From Phaeosaccion multiseriatum (Eukaryota; Protista; Ochrophyta, other classes): DNA of 64,000 bases. The translations under genes were made by a program, and so were the position numbers. The notes below the pieces were generated by a model. The model was not told where the DNA came from, did not search any database, and saw nothing but the letters and a program-made list of their open reading frames with translations. Where the stretch lies: NCBI GenBank assembly GCA_965112735.1, contig OZ218960.1, positions 744,001 through 808,000 on the forward strand. Direction: 5' to 3'. Every line of letters begins with the position of its first letter. Within the stretch, counting starts at the first letter, position 1. Shown here one piece after another: positions 11,400 to 24,394 of the stretch.

Positions 11400-13416
11400 C
11401 TATTGCGGCGACGGTGGCGGTAGCGGGGGTAGCATACCACAGTCTGTGATGACCACGGAACTTTTGGGGCTGTTGGCCACGCCCCCCACGGACATCTTGT
11501 CTATACGGTACAGCACGTCCGCCTCCTCCTCGTCCTCCACCCGCCCGAACGCAACGTAACGATCATCTGCCCATCCAGCGTCCCTGCCATGTGTGTATGT
11601 GTATGTGTGTGTGTGTATGTGTGTGTTTTATGCGTGTGTGTGTGTGCGTGTGTGTGTGCGTGTGTGTGTGTTGAGCTGTGAGATCCTTCCATCACAATAG
11701 GCGCGGAGAGAGACAGAGAGACACCGAAAGAGGAAGGGAGAGAGACAGGAGACAGACAGAGACACAAAGAGAGGGACGGAGGGATAGGAAGCGCACCTTT
11801 GTAGGTTGATAAAGAACCTTGAGTCCACCTTGCCGTCCAAGCCCCTCGCCATGCTCAGCAGGCCTCCTGCTCGATGCTGCTCAGGGGGTGGGGATACGGG
11901 AACACGCACACACACATACATACATGTTCACACACACACAAGCACACATACATACACAAGATAAAGGGCACGCCACCGAGGGTATACAAACGCAAGGGGG
12001 GCAGGACAGCAACGCGCGTTAGCTTGCTACGTGACATACACTTCGACACACACAAGCAGGGCACACTCGAAGCTGGGGTTAGAAAAGGGGGCGAGCGGCG
12101 CTCAAAGAGAACACTAGCCTCTCTCCTTAGGCTCTCTCCGTCGTCAGGGTACATCACTGGTCTCGCAGAAGCGACATACAGGAGAGGAGGAGTGGTGGTG
12201 GTGGTGGTATGTCAGCCCCTCCCCTCCCAGATGCACACACGTGCTTCGTAGAAGATCGAAGACCATGGCACGACCACCCTTCACCACCGAAGGGCCGCTC
12301 GCCTTCCCTCCTCTGGTGGGTGTACGGTTCGCAAAGCCACAGATGGCTGCGACTTGAGCTCTCGTAAGAGAGGTTTGACACTGAACAACAGTACACCCCG
12401 CCACGACTCCTCTTTCCTTCCACACCGTACCTTAATGTCATAGTTCTCGGGGTCGAAGGGCTCGCCTGTCGAAGAAGTTCCTGTTTTGGCCTTGCCCCCC
12501 CCCCCGATAGCTCCGGCCTGCATGCTGAGCCCTTTGACCACTCTATAAAAAGTGGTTCCCTTGTAACTCACTCCAGCGGGATTGTCTCCCGTAATTAGGG
12601 CCTCGAAATTGGCAACGGTAATCGGGGTAGCTTTGCCGTAGAGCTATGGTTATTGACAGACAGTAGCAATAGCAGCAGCAGCAGCAGTAGCAGCAGCAGC
12701 AGCGGCAGGAGGGAGGCAGGTATTGCGCAGGTTTGAAGTGGTCTTTTCTTGCGCTGGGATGCTGAGGTAGCTTGCCAGCTTCAACAAACCTCCTCCATCC
12801 ATTGCCCACTCACCTTGATCTTGATAGTACCGGCTTCCTTTCCATCAATTGCGATGGTCATGTAGGCCCTGCTGGTGACCTCCGGCTCTATCCAGCCCGG
12901 CATTTCCCCGCCCTTCACGTCTTTGGCTGGAATGGCGTTCTTGGCGGAATCGGGCTGGTTCGTGAGATTTAGGCCTTCTGCAGCAGATGCCGAGGGCGGC
13001 TGCGAGCCATTGAGACTACCACCGCTGTTCCAGACATGCCCTCCCACTAGTCCAGCAGCTGCAGCAGAGAGGACCTGGTCCACCATACGGCGGCGACTCA
13101 CTACTACACAACTCCCGCCCTGCCGTGCTCGTCTGTTCTGTGGCTGCTTGCGAGATTCGCTTCGCTCATTTCCAGCAGACCGCTCTGCCGCAGCAGCGCC
13201 TGCCGCACCGGAAACTGTAGGAACAATCCCCTCATCCCCTGCTGCCACCCCGCGCTTGAAGACGCTCGACGACAGCAGGCTTTGCTCTCGCTGTGTCTCG
13301 CGCGAATGCCCCCGCGCAGCTGACCGGAGAGAAGAAGACACTAGGGTAGGGGTGAAGGCATTCGTCTCGCTCGCTATCAGAGCACTGCACGCGAGGATCA
13401 CCGCAACTCTCGCCAT
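11400..13416 (-). CDS. Cyclophilin-type peptidyl-prolyl isomerase, plastid/thylakoid-lumen targeted, 359 aa; exons 13416-12814, 12643-12431, 11876-11797, 11583-11400
   Basis: Motifs: VTSRAYMTIAIDGKEAGTIKIKLYGKATPITVANF, SYKGTTFYRVV, GLLSMAR...SRFFI, WADDRYVAFGRV, VVITDCGML. The spliced length is 1080 nt and in frame. The N-terminal signal peptide is followed by NA|FTP, then an RR-hydrophobic-ASA segment. Confidence 0.9.
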
Positions 13417-13600
13417 GGCGTTTGAGAGTGATTCCTGTTGGAACGGTTGGTAAACCGCGCCGTCGCCAAAACCATATGTCAACTAAAAAACTCTACCACA
13501 CCACATCTTCAAACCCACACACACCCGACACACTGAGCAGCAAATTCCACACTCAGAGAAGCCGGGCAAGCAGAGAGCGGATAGCACAGGAGCTGCAAGC
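13417..13600. promoter_or_regulatory. Putative bidirectional promoter (cyclophilin / V-ATPase A)
   Basis: Only 184 bp separate the divergent ATGs. Inferred from position only. Confidence 0.55.
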
Positions 13601-15754
13601 ATGGCCTCGTTCGTGACGGACGAGACGGTGGTTGAGTCTGACTATGGCTATGTGTTGCGAGTGGCGGGGCCATGTAAGTGTCACACAGAGAAGAGATCTT
13701 CCCCAAGACGTACCAATCTTTCTTTCCATGCCAGCAGCGCCACCCTTGGCTGCAGCGGTGGCTGAAGAGGGTCATTCGGACTGCTGCAGTGATTGCCTGC
13801 CCTTCCTTGCCCGAAGTACAGTGTTTCTGCGGCTTGGGGGGGGCATTTGGAGGCTGGGGGGGAAGGATAAGGAGTCTGTGCTATCCTCCTGCTGTGGGCC
13901 CACCTACTTCCCTCGCTGACAGTAGCTGCTCCTGCTTTCGTATTGGCTCTCGCCCCGCCCCCCTCTTCCTTTTCGCCTACTACCACCGTATCTCCCTCCC
14001 CTCTGCAACCCCTCGCCTCCGACTGCGTGGCAACGATGATGTGGTGATGTGCACTAGTGGTCATTGCCGAGGGAATGTCAGGAGCCGCGATGTACGAGTT
14101 GGTGCGAGTCGGCTCCATGAAGCTCGTGGGGGAGATCATTCGGCTCGAGGGCGATACAGCCTCTATCCAGGCAAGGAGGGGAGCGGTGGGGGGGGTGCGA
14201 TTGGGGGAAGACAAATGGAGAGGGGAAGGAGGCGGCTGGAAAAGCGAGGGAGAGATAGAGAGTGGTGATATTCATTGAATGGCAACATTCGTCGTGGGTG
14301 GGAGGGAGGAGAAGAGAGGGGGAGTATGCTCGCACAAGTCAGAGAAGAGAGAGAAAGTACATTCGCTCACGCACTCCATCCCCCACCCCCCCCCCCCCCT
14401 CCTCCTCCTCCCCCTCCTCCTCCTCCTCCTCCTCTTCCTCCTCCTCCTCCTCCTCCTCCTTTCCCATCTTCCTCCTCCTCTACTTCCTCCGCCACCTCCT
14501 CCGCCACCTCCTCCTCCTCTTCCTCGTCGTGGTCGTCCTGCTGTTCCTGCCCTGTCTGCTGCAGGTGTACGAAGACACATCGGGATTGACTGTCGGTGAC
14601 CCCGTGCAGAGGAGGCGACAACCTCTTTCAGTGGAGCTGGGCCCAGGTGAGAGGGAAGAGAGAGAAGAGAGCATGCGGGCAGAGAAATCCATCCTTGTTG
14701 GCTTCTTACTGGAAAGTGTCCTATCAATTTGTGCCCTCCTCCCTCTTCTGTACAGCGAGTGTGTGCGTGTGTGTGTGTGTGTGTGATCCATGACTCTCTT
14801 GCCCAGCAATTTCTTGTCCAGAAATCACCTCTCGCGAAGCTTGCTCTGGACGAAATACAAGGAACGCAATCTACTTTGTCTTTCTCTCTCTCCCTTTCTC
14901 TCTCCTCGCTCCCTCCCTCTCTCTTGCCATCTCTATCTGCCTCTCTCTCTCCTCTCCCTCCCAACCCCTCTCTTTCTCTTTCTAACCTCTCTATCTTTTG
15001 TATCTCTCTCTCCATATCATACATACAGGCATCATGGGCACAATTTTTGACGGTATTCAGCGCCCTCTGGAGCACATCGCAGAGCTTGAAGGCGGCGTGT
15101 TCATCCCCAGAGGTATGGATATTCCCTGCCTCGATCAGAACAAGCAGTGGGAGTTCAAGCCGTGCAACTTCAGGGAAGGACAGGTGAGAGAGAGGGTAGG
15201 GGAGGAGGGGGGGGGGGGGGGGCAGGGAAAGGGGAAGGGGAGGGAGGGTTGCAAAGCTGGACACTTGCTCAGCTTGCTCCCTGAAATTCCTCACGCGTCC
15301 CCAAATCGAGCCCTCGACCCTAGTTGCTATTGTTGATTGTCTCAAGAAGGAAGTGGAGGGTAGGTCGACTTTTATACCAACCCAGCACCCCCTTGTATCC
15401 CTCTTCCCCACCCACCCATCCCCTTCTCTCCCTCACCCTCACCCTACCCCACCCACTCCCCGCCCCCTTCTCTCCCTCTCTCCCTCCCTCCCTCCCTTCT
15501 TCCCTCAGCCCATCACCGGCGGCGACATCTTCGGGACAGTGTACGAGAACGAATTGATTGAGAGTCACAAGATCATGTGTCCACCCAACATTTACGGAAC
15601 CGTCGTCAAGGTACGTGCGGTTTCGTCGGTTTCGGATTGGGGGAGCGTCCCAGCCCCATCACTGTGTTGGTGTAGAGGGTCTTGGGCGTCTGTAGCCTCC
15701 TTCGAGTTCCGGACTCTTTGACTCATGCTCCACAGTCGCTCATTTACCCATCAC

Positions 15755-15840
<86 letters not shown>

Positions 15841-18055
15841 TCGTGGCAGTCTCTCCGTGTTCTCTTTTGTGCAGCAGCAGTAGCACAGGAGTAGCACGGC
15901 AGTAGCAGCAGCAGCAGCAAGAGCAGCATAACTCTCTCTCTCATTCTCTCTCCCTCGTGTTGTCTCTTGTGTGCCCTCCCCTCCCTCCCCTGTGGCGCAG
16001 GTGTACGGTGAGGGAACGGATGGAAACGACCAAAGCACCGTATCAGACACAGTGCTAGAGGTGAGGTAGTAAGGAGGAGGGGGAGGAGGAGGAGGGGGGA
16101 AGGGAGAGGTATATACATAGGGGGCTCAGAGGCAAGAAGTCGCTGCTGGCGACCCTCCCCTCAACCGTCAATTGAGCGAGCGCGGAGGAGTGTATGGTGT
16201 CTTGGCTCGAAGCTACTGAATGCCGGAGGAGCTGAAGAGCTACGCCCATGGGTCGCCAACCATTTTTGGCTGACCGACTCGCTGACTCACTGACTTAACT
16301 GCACATGCATGGTCGTATGATGGTGATGGTGTGTGTGGTGTGGGACAAACATCACATCAACATAACAACAACGACAACAACAGGTCCAGAACGAGGCAAC
16401 AGGAAGGACGGAGAAGCTGAAAATGAGTCACTTTTGGCCCGTGCGAAAGCCCCGGCCGGTCGTGGAGAAGCTTCCAGGAAACGTGGCCCTCACGACGGTA
16501 CGTGGAGGGAGATGCTTGTTGTTTCACTGCCGTTGCACTGCCTGCTTGTGGAACGCTTATGTTACTGCTACTGGAGGGCGGGAAGGGAGCGCGTGAGCGA
16601 AGGAGGGGATGGAGGGAGGGAAAGGAAGGGAGGAGGGGAGGAAAGGAAGGAGGAGAAGGACAGACGCTTCACCCCACCCTCCCAGCTAGGTGCCCAGAGG
16701 ACTTTTAAGTGTCGCATGAGGGAAGTGTGCCCTGCTGTGCCCTGCTGTGCCCTTTGTAGAGGGATTGGAGCAGGGCAACACACCACTCGCACGCCGCGGC
16801 GAAGAGAAAGAGACCATCTTTTGTATACCGCCACGACGTCGTACTCACTCGATTCTCTATCCTTGTGTCCCTCAAATCTCTTTCTCCCTCCTTCTCCTCT
16901 CCCTCCCTCTCTCCCTCCCTCCACCCCCTCACCCCCGCACACCCGCACGCACGCATGCACAAAAGGGCCTCCGTGTGATCGACTCTCTCTTCCCCTCCGT
17001 GCTCGGCGGTACTTGCGCGGTCCCCGGTGCCTTCGGCTGCGGCAAGACCGTCATCTCACAGTCCCTCTCCAAGTTCTCCAACAGCGACTGCATCATTTAC
17101 GTGGGGTGCGGAGAGCGTGGCAATGAGATGGCGGAGGTGCTTGCCGACTTCCCCGAGCTGACCATCAATGTGGATGGTCGCGAAGTGGGCATCATGAACA
17201 GGACTGCCCTCGTCGCCAACACTAGTAACATGCCGGTGAGTGAGTGAGTGAGTGAGTGAGAGAGTGAGAGAGTGAGTGAATGAGTGGGTAAGTGAATGAG
17301 TGAGTGATGGTGGGTTTGAGCTGAAGTCCTACTGGATGGACCCCTTAGCGGTGTGAAAGTGTTTTCTTGTGTCGTCATGTGGTGCCAGGCCGTGCCATGC
17401 CGTGCCGTGCTGCGTCATGAATGGAGCGGAGCGCAAACTCACAGTCTCGCCCCTTTCTTCTCTTGTCCTCGGAAGGGCCCTCCATGCCCCCCTCCACCCA
17501 CCCACCCACCCACCTGCGTCTCTCCTCTCTCCGCCTCGTGCATGCATCCATCCCACCTGTACTATGCAAGTCAAGGGATGGGCTTGCAGTTGAAAGGTGT
17601 CTAGCGGCTTCTCATCTCCCTTCCTCCTTGCCTGCGTCGCCTGGCTCCCTGCCCCTCTTGTCTGTCTGTCTGCCTTCCCCCCTCCCTCCCTGTTTTCGTC
17701 CCCGTCTCTACCTGTCTGCCTCCCTGCCCGTATGCCTGCCTGCCTGCCTGCCTGCCTGCTGTGCCCTAATGAATCGCCAGGTGGCTGCTCGTGAAGCCTC
17801 CATTTACACGGGAATCACTCTCGCAGAGTACTTTAGAGACCAGGTCAGTGGTGTGAGGCGGGTGCGTTTGGCAGTGGTCAGTGGTGTCAGGTGCTGCTGG
17901 CAGTGGTCAGTGGTGTCAGGTGCTGCTGGCAGTGATCAGTGGCGTCAGGTGCTGCTGGCAGCGATCAGTGGCAGACCACTCGTGTGAACCTTCTATTTTA
18001 GCCTCGGGGACGAACACACCAAGGCAGTAAGAGACACACAAGGGGAGAAAGGGGC

Positions 18056-18091
<36 letters not shown>

Positions 18092-19384
18092 CGACCGATA
18101 GACAAAAGCCGTCGTCACGTTTGCCAATATCTTACCCGTCTTGCTTGTGCCGCAACTGCTTGTGCCCTTTTTGCGTGTGCCCTCCGTGCCTTGCTTGTGC
18201 TGCACTTGATGCTTGTACCTGCGATTGCTGCTATTGCTTGTGCCAGGGCCTGAATGTGTCCATGATGGCAGACTCCACCTCTCGATGGGCAGAGGCGCTG
18301 AGAGAGATCTCCGGGCGGTTGGGAGAGGTGAGAGACAGGAGGGAGGAAGGGAGGGGAGGGAGGGAGAGAAGGGAAGGAGGGAGAGAGAGGAGTGGCGGAG
18401 TGAGGGAGTGAGTGGAGGCACAGGTGCGGATTGAATGAACGAACAAACGAGGAAAGCCCTGTCATTCGCTGTTCTTTCCCCATGAACCCCCGTCAAGCAC
18501 TGCTGCGGCCGCCGCCGCCCCCCCCCCCCTCGTCCTTCCTCACACCCAGAGTGCTTACTTTCCACTCCGCCGCACTGTTCACACACACGCACACACACAC
18601 GCCACACACACACACACACACACGCACACACGCACACAGATGCCCGCCGACAGCGGGTACCCCGCCTACTTAGGAGCTCGTCTCGCCGCCTTCTACGAGC
18701 GCGCAGGCCGGGCGTCTTGCTTAGGGAGCCCTTCGCGAGAGGGCACGGTTTCCGTGGTCGGGGCGGTGTCCCCCCCGGGAGGCGACTTCTCAGACCCCGT
18801 GACTGCGGCCACGCTGAGCATTGTGCAGGTACTGTTCCCGTTCTTCCGTTCCAGTGTTCCACCTCGTTAGACCTTTACGTAACCGTTGTTGGACCCCCAC
18901 GAGATCCCAGATCATGTCCGATACTTAAAGTCGATACTGATATCGACATCGATGTATCAAATCCTAACTTGGCCCTTCTCTCATCTTTCAATACGATGGT
19001 GCAGGTGTTTTGGGGGCTGGATAAGAAGCTGGCGCAGAGGAAGCATTTTCCCTCGCTCAATTGGCTCATTTCTTACACAAACTACATGCGGTGAGTAGGC
19101 GTGTGTGTGCATGCGTGCGTACGTGCGTGTGTACGTGTGTGTGTGTGCGTGGTGTTCTGTGTGGTTGGTTCCTTGTCGTGTGTATTCTCCTGCTCTCTCT
19201 CTTCTCTCTTGCGTGTTTGTCTCGCGCTGTCTCTTCTCTCTTGCGTGTTTGTCTCGCCCTCCCCCCGCCTCTCTCTCTCTCTTTCTTCCATGTTCCTATC
19301 CCTCCCCCTCTCCCTGTCGGATACTCTTGTCAGGAGGGAACCCCAGCTGGCTTAGCAGGCGCTGACTCTCCTCTATCTTTCATC

Positions 19385-19421
<37 letters not shown>

Positions 19422-20870
19422 TCGTCGTCGTCCTCCCCCCTCCCCTTTCCCCCCTTCATACACACATACACACGTACCTTAACTATTCTCCTCTTCTGTT
19501 GCGGCAAATCCTCGCATCGATATGCATGTGTGTGTGTGGGTGGGTGCGTGCACTGCACATACATCAAATACCATCAGTGTGCTGGAGCCGTTCTTCAATG
19601 GCTATGACGAAGATTACTCCTCCCTGCGCACGCGTTGCAGAGAGATCTTGCAGCAGGACGATCAGCTGTCGGAGATTGTGCAGCTCGTGGGCAGGGACTC
19701 GCTCTCGGAGGATCAGAAGGTGAGGAGAACAGGGCACAGGTGTATGGGCAGGGCATAGGTGTGTGGGCAGGGCATAGGTGTGTGGGCAGGGCAGAGGTGT
19801 ATGGGCAGGGCAGAGGTGTATGGGCAGGGCAGAGGTGTATGGGCAGGGCAGGGCAGAGGTGTATGGGCAGAGCAGAGGTGTATGGGCAGGGCAGGGTAGA
19901 GGTATATGGGCAGGGCAGAGGTGTATGGGCAGAGTAGGGTAGAGGTATATGAGGAGGGGAGGACAGAGGTGTGTAAGTAAGGTAGAGGGTAGAGGTTGTG
20001 GTAGAGTAGGGCAGAGCAGCGCAGAGTAGAGGTGTATGGGCAGGGTAGAGGTATATGGCAGAGTGCAGCGCGGCAGGGCACCAGCTACGATCCCTAACAC
20101 GATCCATGTATCGATGCACACACACACACACACTCATAACAGGTGATTCTGGACACGGCTCGGATAATCCGCGAGGACTTCCTGCAACAGAACGCATTCA
20201 CAGATTACGACTACACCTGTCCGCTGTACAAGTCGTGCGGCATGCTCAAGAGCATCATCACCTTCTACAACTGCGCGCAGAAGGCCATCTCAGACTCGCA
20301 CGCCGAGTCCAAGGTGAGCTGGGGGGGGAGGGAGGAGGGAGGGAGGAGGGAGGGAGGGAGGGAGGGAGGGAGGGAGGGAAGGAAGGAGGGAGGAAGGGAA
20401 GGAGGGGAGGGAGAGAGGGAAGGAAAGGAAGGAGGGAGGGAGGGAAGAGGGAGGGAGGGAAGGAAGGAGGGAAGGAGGGGAGGGAGAGAGGGAAGGAGGG
20501 AGGAAGGGAAGGAGGGAGGGAAGAGGGAGGGAGGGAAGGAAGGGAAAGAGGGAGGGAGGCAAGGAAGGAAGGAGGAAGGGAAGGAAAGAGGGAGGGAGGG
20601 ACAGGCGATAGAGGCGTGCGCTGCTACAGGGTGGAAGGCGCAGGTGGATTCCGCTCCCCTGACGAAGCTGTGCTGGGGCTGTCGCTTCGCTGTGGTGTGT
20701 GCTGAGTGAGCAGGAGTGGTGACTTTTCGGGTGTGATGATTAATCTTTGGATTGGATTCCCCTTCATGACACGTGGGGCCCCTCATCGGGGGCCCTTCAC
20801 ATGACCGAGTATAGACTTATGTCTGACCCGTAAAAGGCGCCACAAGCAGCAGCACCAACACCACCACCAC

Positions 20871-20904
<34 letters not shown>

Positions 20905-21309
20905 TGGTACAGCAGCACGAGCATAAACAGCAGCAAGAGTAGGGGAAAGGAAGAGACCGTTCCCTCCTCGCCCTCGATTCTCGTTCCGTATGTCCCTGCT
21001 TTTCGTCCCATCGCCCCCAGCCTTCCACTCTGTTTGGCTCACGCTGTGCCCCCCCCCACACATGCACACCCCATACCCTATACCCCATTCTCCACACTCA
21101 CACCCCGTACCCTATACCCCTTTCTCCCACTCACTGACTCCCATCAGATCACCTGGGCGCACATCAAGACCACCATGGGCCCCTTGCTCGTCAAGGTGTC
21201 TGATGGAAAGTTCCAGGACCCGAAGATGCCCCGGGAAGTGAGCGAGAAGGAGTTCAACGGGCTCTGCGCAGAGATTGAGGAGGCCTTCCAGAGCCTAGAG
21301 GAGGACTGA
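13601..21309 (+). CDS. VHA-A: V-type H+-ATPase catalytic subunit A, 620 aa, 15 exons (13601-13673, 14058-14170, 14565-14646, 15029-15183, 15509-15610, 16001-16060, 16384-16497, 16966-17235, 17781-17843, 18247-18327, 18640-18828, 19005-19090, 19578-19719, 20143-20313, 21148-21309)
   Basis: Motifs: Walker [90 protein letters not shown]. The exons sum to 1863 nt in frame. Confidence 0.97.
17844..17972 (+). repeat. Intronic 29-bp minisatellite (GCAGTGGTCAGTGGTGTCAGGTGCTGCTG), ~4 copies
   Basis: A period of 29 is visible from 17871. The unit contains the sequence of the adjacent donor (GTCAGTGGTGT). Confidence 0.8.
19731..20060 (+). repeat. Intronic G-rich minisatellite (~19-bp AGAGGTGTATGGGCAGGGC)
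   Basis: Degenerate tandem copies fill most of VHA-A intron 13. Confidence 0.85.
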
Positions 21310-22545
21310 AGCAAAGCGTATCAAGTGGGGAAGCAGAGGCATAGCGGGGGGGGGGGGGATGGCAGCGCATGGGGAGGAGCGAGCCCAGGGGGGGACGGAC
21401 GCCGAGAGATGAGGGCATGTCGTCGCAATCGAAAGATGGATGTGCATGTGGGCGCGATAAGGGGGTGGTTTGAGTCATCGGCAAGTCATCGGCAGCAGGA
21501 CGAGGAGCAGTAGCACACGAGGAGGAGGGGAGGAAAGGTCGTCTGGCGTTTCAGAAAATTTGCTGCTTGGGTCTTTACATAGTCGAGGTCGAGATTGCGC
21601 ATGCGCGAGGATCGAGGCTCTAACGGGTAGCGGTATGGGCTGCCGTCGTGGAGGAGGCGCAGTCCAGAGGGGTGGGAAGGCGTGTGGAAGAAGAGGGAGT
21701 GGTGGAAGAAGGGCCCTCTGCTGAAGAAGGATGTGTTTGTGGGCTCTGTGGTGAGGCAGACACACTGGAAGGGCGGGTGTCGGAGGGTGGACGGGATGTG
21801 GCGGGGTACATGGATACACACACTCGCAGTAGGCCTTTTTCTCGCTCCGACCGGAACGATGGAAAGATGCCGAGTGGGTTTGTGTGTATGCCGCCCCCTT
21901 TCCCCTTCCCCCTACCCCACCCCTACCCCCGTTCCCCCATCCCCAACCCACCCTAGTCTCCTTGTCTCTGGAGGTATCACCTTTGGTACAGTAGGCTTTT
22001 GATCCATTTATAAATCACGTCGCTTTTTTGTTGCTTGCCTTTTTTTATTTTTTACGGACGCACTTCACGACAAGCCGGTCCTCTCACTTACATTTGGCGA
22101 CGGTGAATTATGAGGTTGTGTGCTTCGCGCAGAATTACTCGCGTCTCTCCATAATGCTTTCCTCCATTCCCTTCCTCTTCTTCTTCTGTCCTGCCATTTT
22201 CAGCTGTGAATCTTGAGGCGCCAGAGGGCACCCACTTGCTCAACATGGCATTATTCTGGTGTTGATGAGTAGCAGCTTGCGGCAGTCAAGAAAGAGGTAT
22301 GAGAGACTTGAGGACTGGGCAGGAGGTGCACGAGAGGAGCAAATTATTAAATTTCAACAAAAAGAGCAGCAGAGCTGCTGCTGCAGCAGCAGCAGCAGCA
22401 GCAAACAAGCAGCAACAGCAAGCAGCAGCAGCAAGCAGCAGCAGCGGCGGCGGAAGGCTTATAGAGCCCAAGATTAGCTTGGCGCCACCTCCTCCCAGCC
22501 CTTCTGCACAAACTGCCGCCGTGTCCATCGAAAGGGGCTGAAGGA

Positions 22546-23449
22546 ATGCACTCGGAAGGGAGCTTTGCTGGAGATGGAGCTGAAGATGAGGTTGATGCCC
22601 CAGGTGGGCAACAGCACGCAGAACCGTACAGCGGGGCGACTCGCGACGAGGTGAAGCATCAAAACCCGAATGTAGCAGCCTCACCACCACGACCACCACC
22701 TCCACCACCAGCAGAAGAAGAAGAAGAAGAAGATGGTGATGATGATGAAGAAGGAGACGAGCTCCCACCGCCTCCAATCCTTCCACCTCCGCTGCTGCCG
22801 CCACGGGCAATGCCAGCGTCTCGAGTCACCGCACCTCTCCCCTCCCCAACCGCCACCTCATCAGCCTCGTCCGTATCTGTGCCTGCTCCGGTGCCGGACT
22901 CTTTCTTCCGCGGCTGCTGCCAGGCCTTCGGATGCACCAACCACATCCAGAGCAAGGGCATGTGCTTTCGACACGGTGCGGTGGCCAAGAAATGCCGGGT
23001 GATAGGCTGTGAGAAGCGGGTGCAAAGTGGAGGCTGTTGCAGTCGCCATCGACAGTTCAAAATCAGTGCGAGCGATCGCGAGGCGGCGGGACAGGGCCCT
23101 ACTTCTATTGCTATAGCTATTGCTTCTGCTGCTGCTGCTCCTCGTCCTGACACCACGTGGTCTGCTGCACAGCCAGTGTCTGGTAAGGGTGGTGGTGGTG
23201 GTGGTGGTGGTGGTGGTGGTGGTGGTAGTGGCGGTGTTGGAGGTCATGGTGGTGGAGGTGGTGGCGGTGGTGAGGGTGGAGGAGGTGGGGGTTCTTTCGC
23301 TCCCTTCTCAACAACCGGGAACTACCGTTACCATCCGAGTGCTCGTGTTGGAGGAGGCTCACGGGCGAGGCAATTTCAACAACAAGAGCAGGAGCAAGTC
23401 CAATGGCAGCTTCAGCAGCAAGAAAAACAACAAGAAGAGCTACAACGCC

Positions 23450-23480
<31 letters not shown>

Positions 23481-23482
23481 GC

Positions 23483-23552
<70 letters not shown>

Positions 23553-23564
23553 CCAACAACAACT

Positions 23565-23610
<46 letters not shown>

Positions 23611-24353
23611 CTACAACAACAACAACAACAACTACAACAACAACTACAACAACAACAACAGCAACAGCAGCAGCAACACTACTATGATCAATATCACCAT
23701 CAACAACAACAGCAACTACTACAACAACAACTACAACAACAACTACCACCACCACCACCACCAGCACCACCACCACCTCGCCAAGCAGGAGAAAGCTCCA
23801 AGAGGATGAAGAAGACGTGTAGCGTGGAGGGCTGTCCCAGATTGGTGCAAGCCCGTAGCGTGTGCACCCGGCACGGCGCCCCCCGCCAGCGCTGCAGCTT
23901 CATCATTATGGATGGGTCACATTCCCCTTCACGTACATCTTCGCCGTCATCCAGACGTGTTAACAACGAGGACGAGGAGAGGGAGGGGGAGAAGGCAGAT
24001 GAGCGGTACGGCACCGGTGCCACTGGAGAAGGTGGAGGAGGCATCGGCGGCAGCGGCGGCGGCGAGAAGGAGAAGGGGGACAGCACTTTGTTGTCTAGGG
24101 GTCGGAGGTGCCCCAATCGAGTGCAGAGTAGAGGCGTGTGCTATCGGCACGGAGCGGCGCGCAAGACCTGCCGAGTGGACGGCTGTGAGAAGCTGGTTCA
24201 GAGTCGGGGAGTGTGTCTGAGGCACGGGGCAGCCTCACTGAGGCAGTGTCGGTACGTGGGGGGGTGCAATCGCACGGCGGTGAGACAGGGGGGGCTGTGT
24301 TCGAGGCATGGTGGGGGTGGTGATGGTGGTGGTGGTGGTGGTGGTGGTGGTGG

Positions 24354-24394
<41 letters not shown>

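Noticed and set aside
13417-13482. Upstream ATG (13482) as cyclophilin start
   Set aside because: The ATG at 13416 directly precedes the signal peptide and has a GCCATGG context.
17095-17130. VMA1-type intein in V-ATPase A
   Set aside because: [11 protein letters not shown] is contiguous and the protein has the normal 620-aa length.
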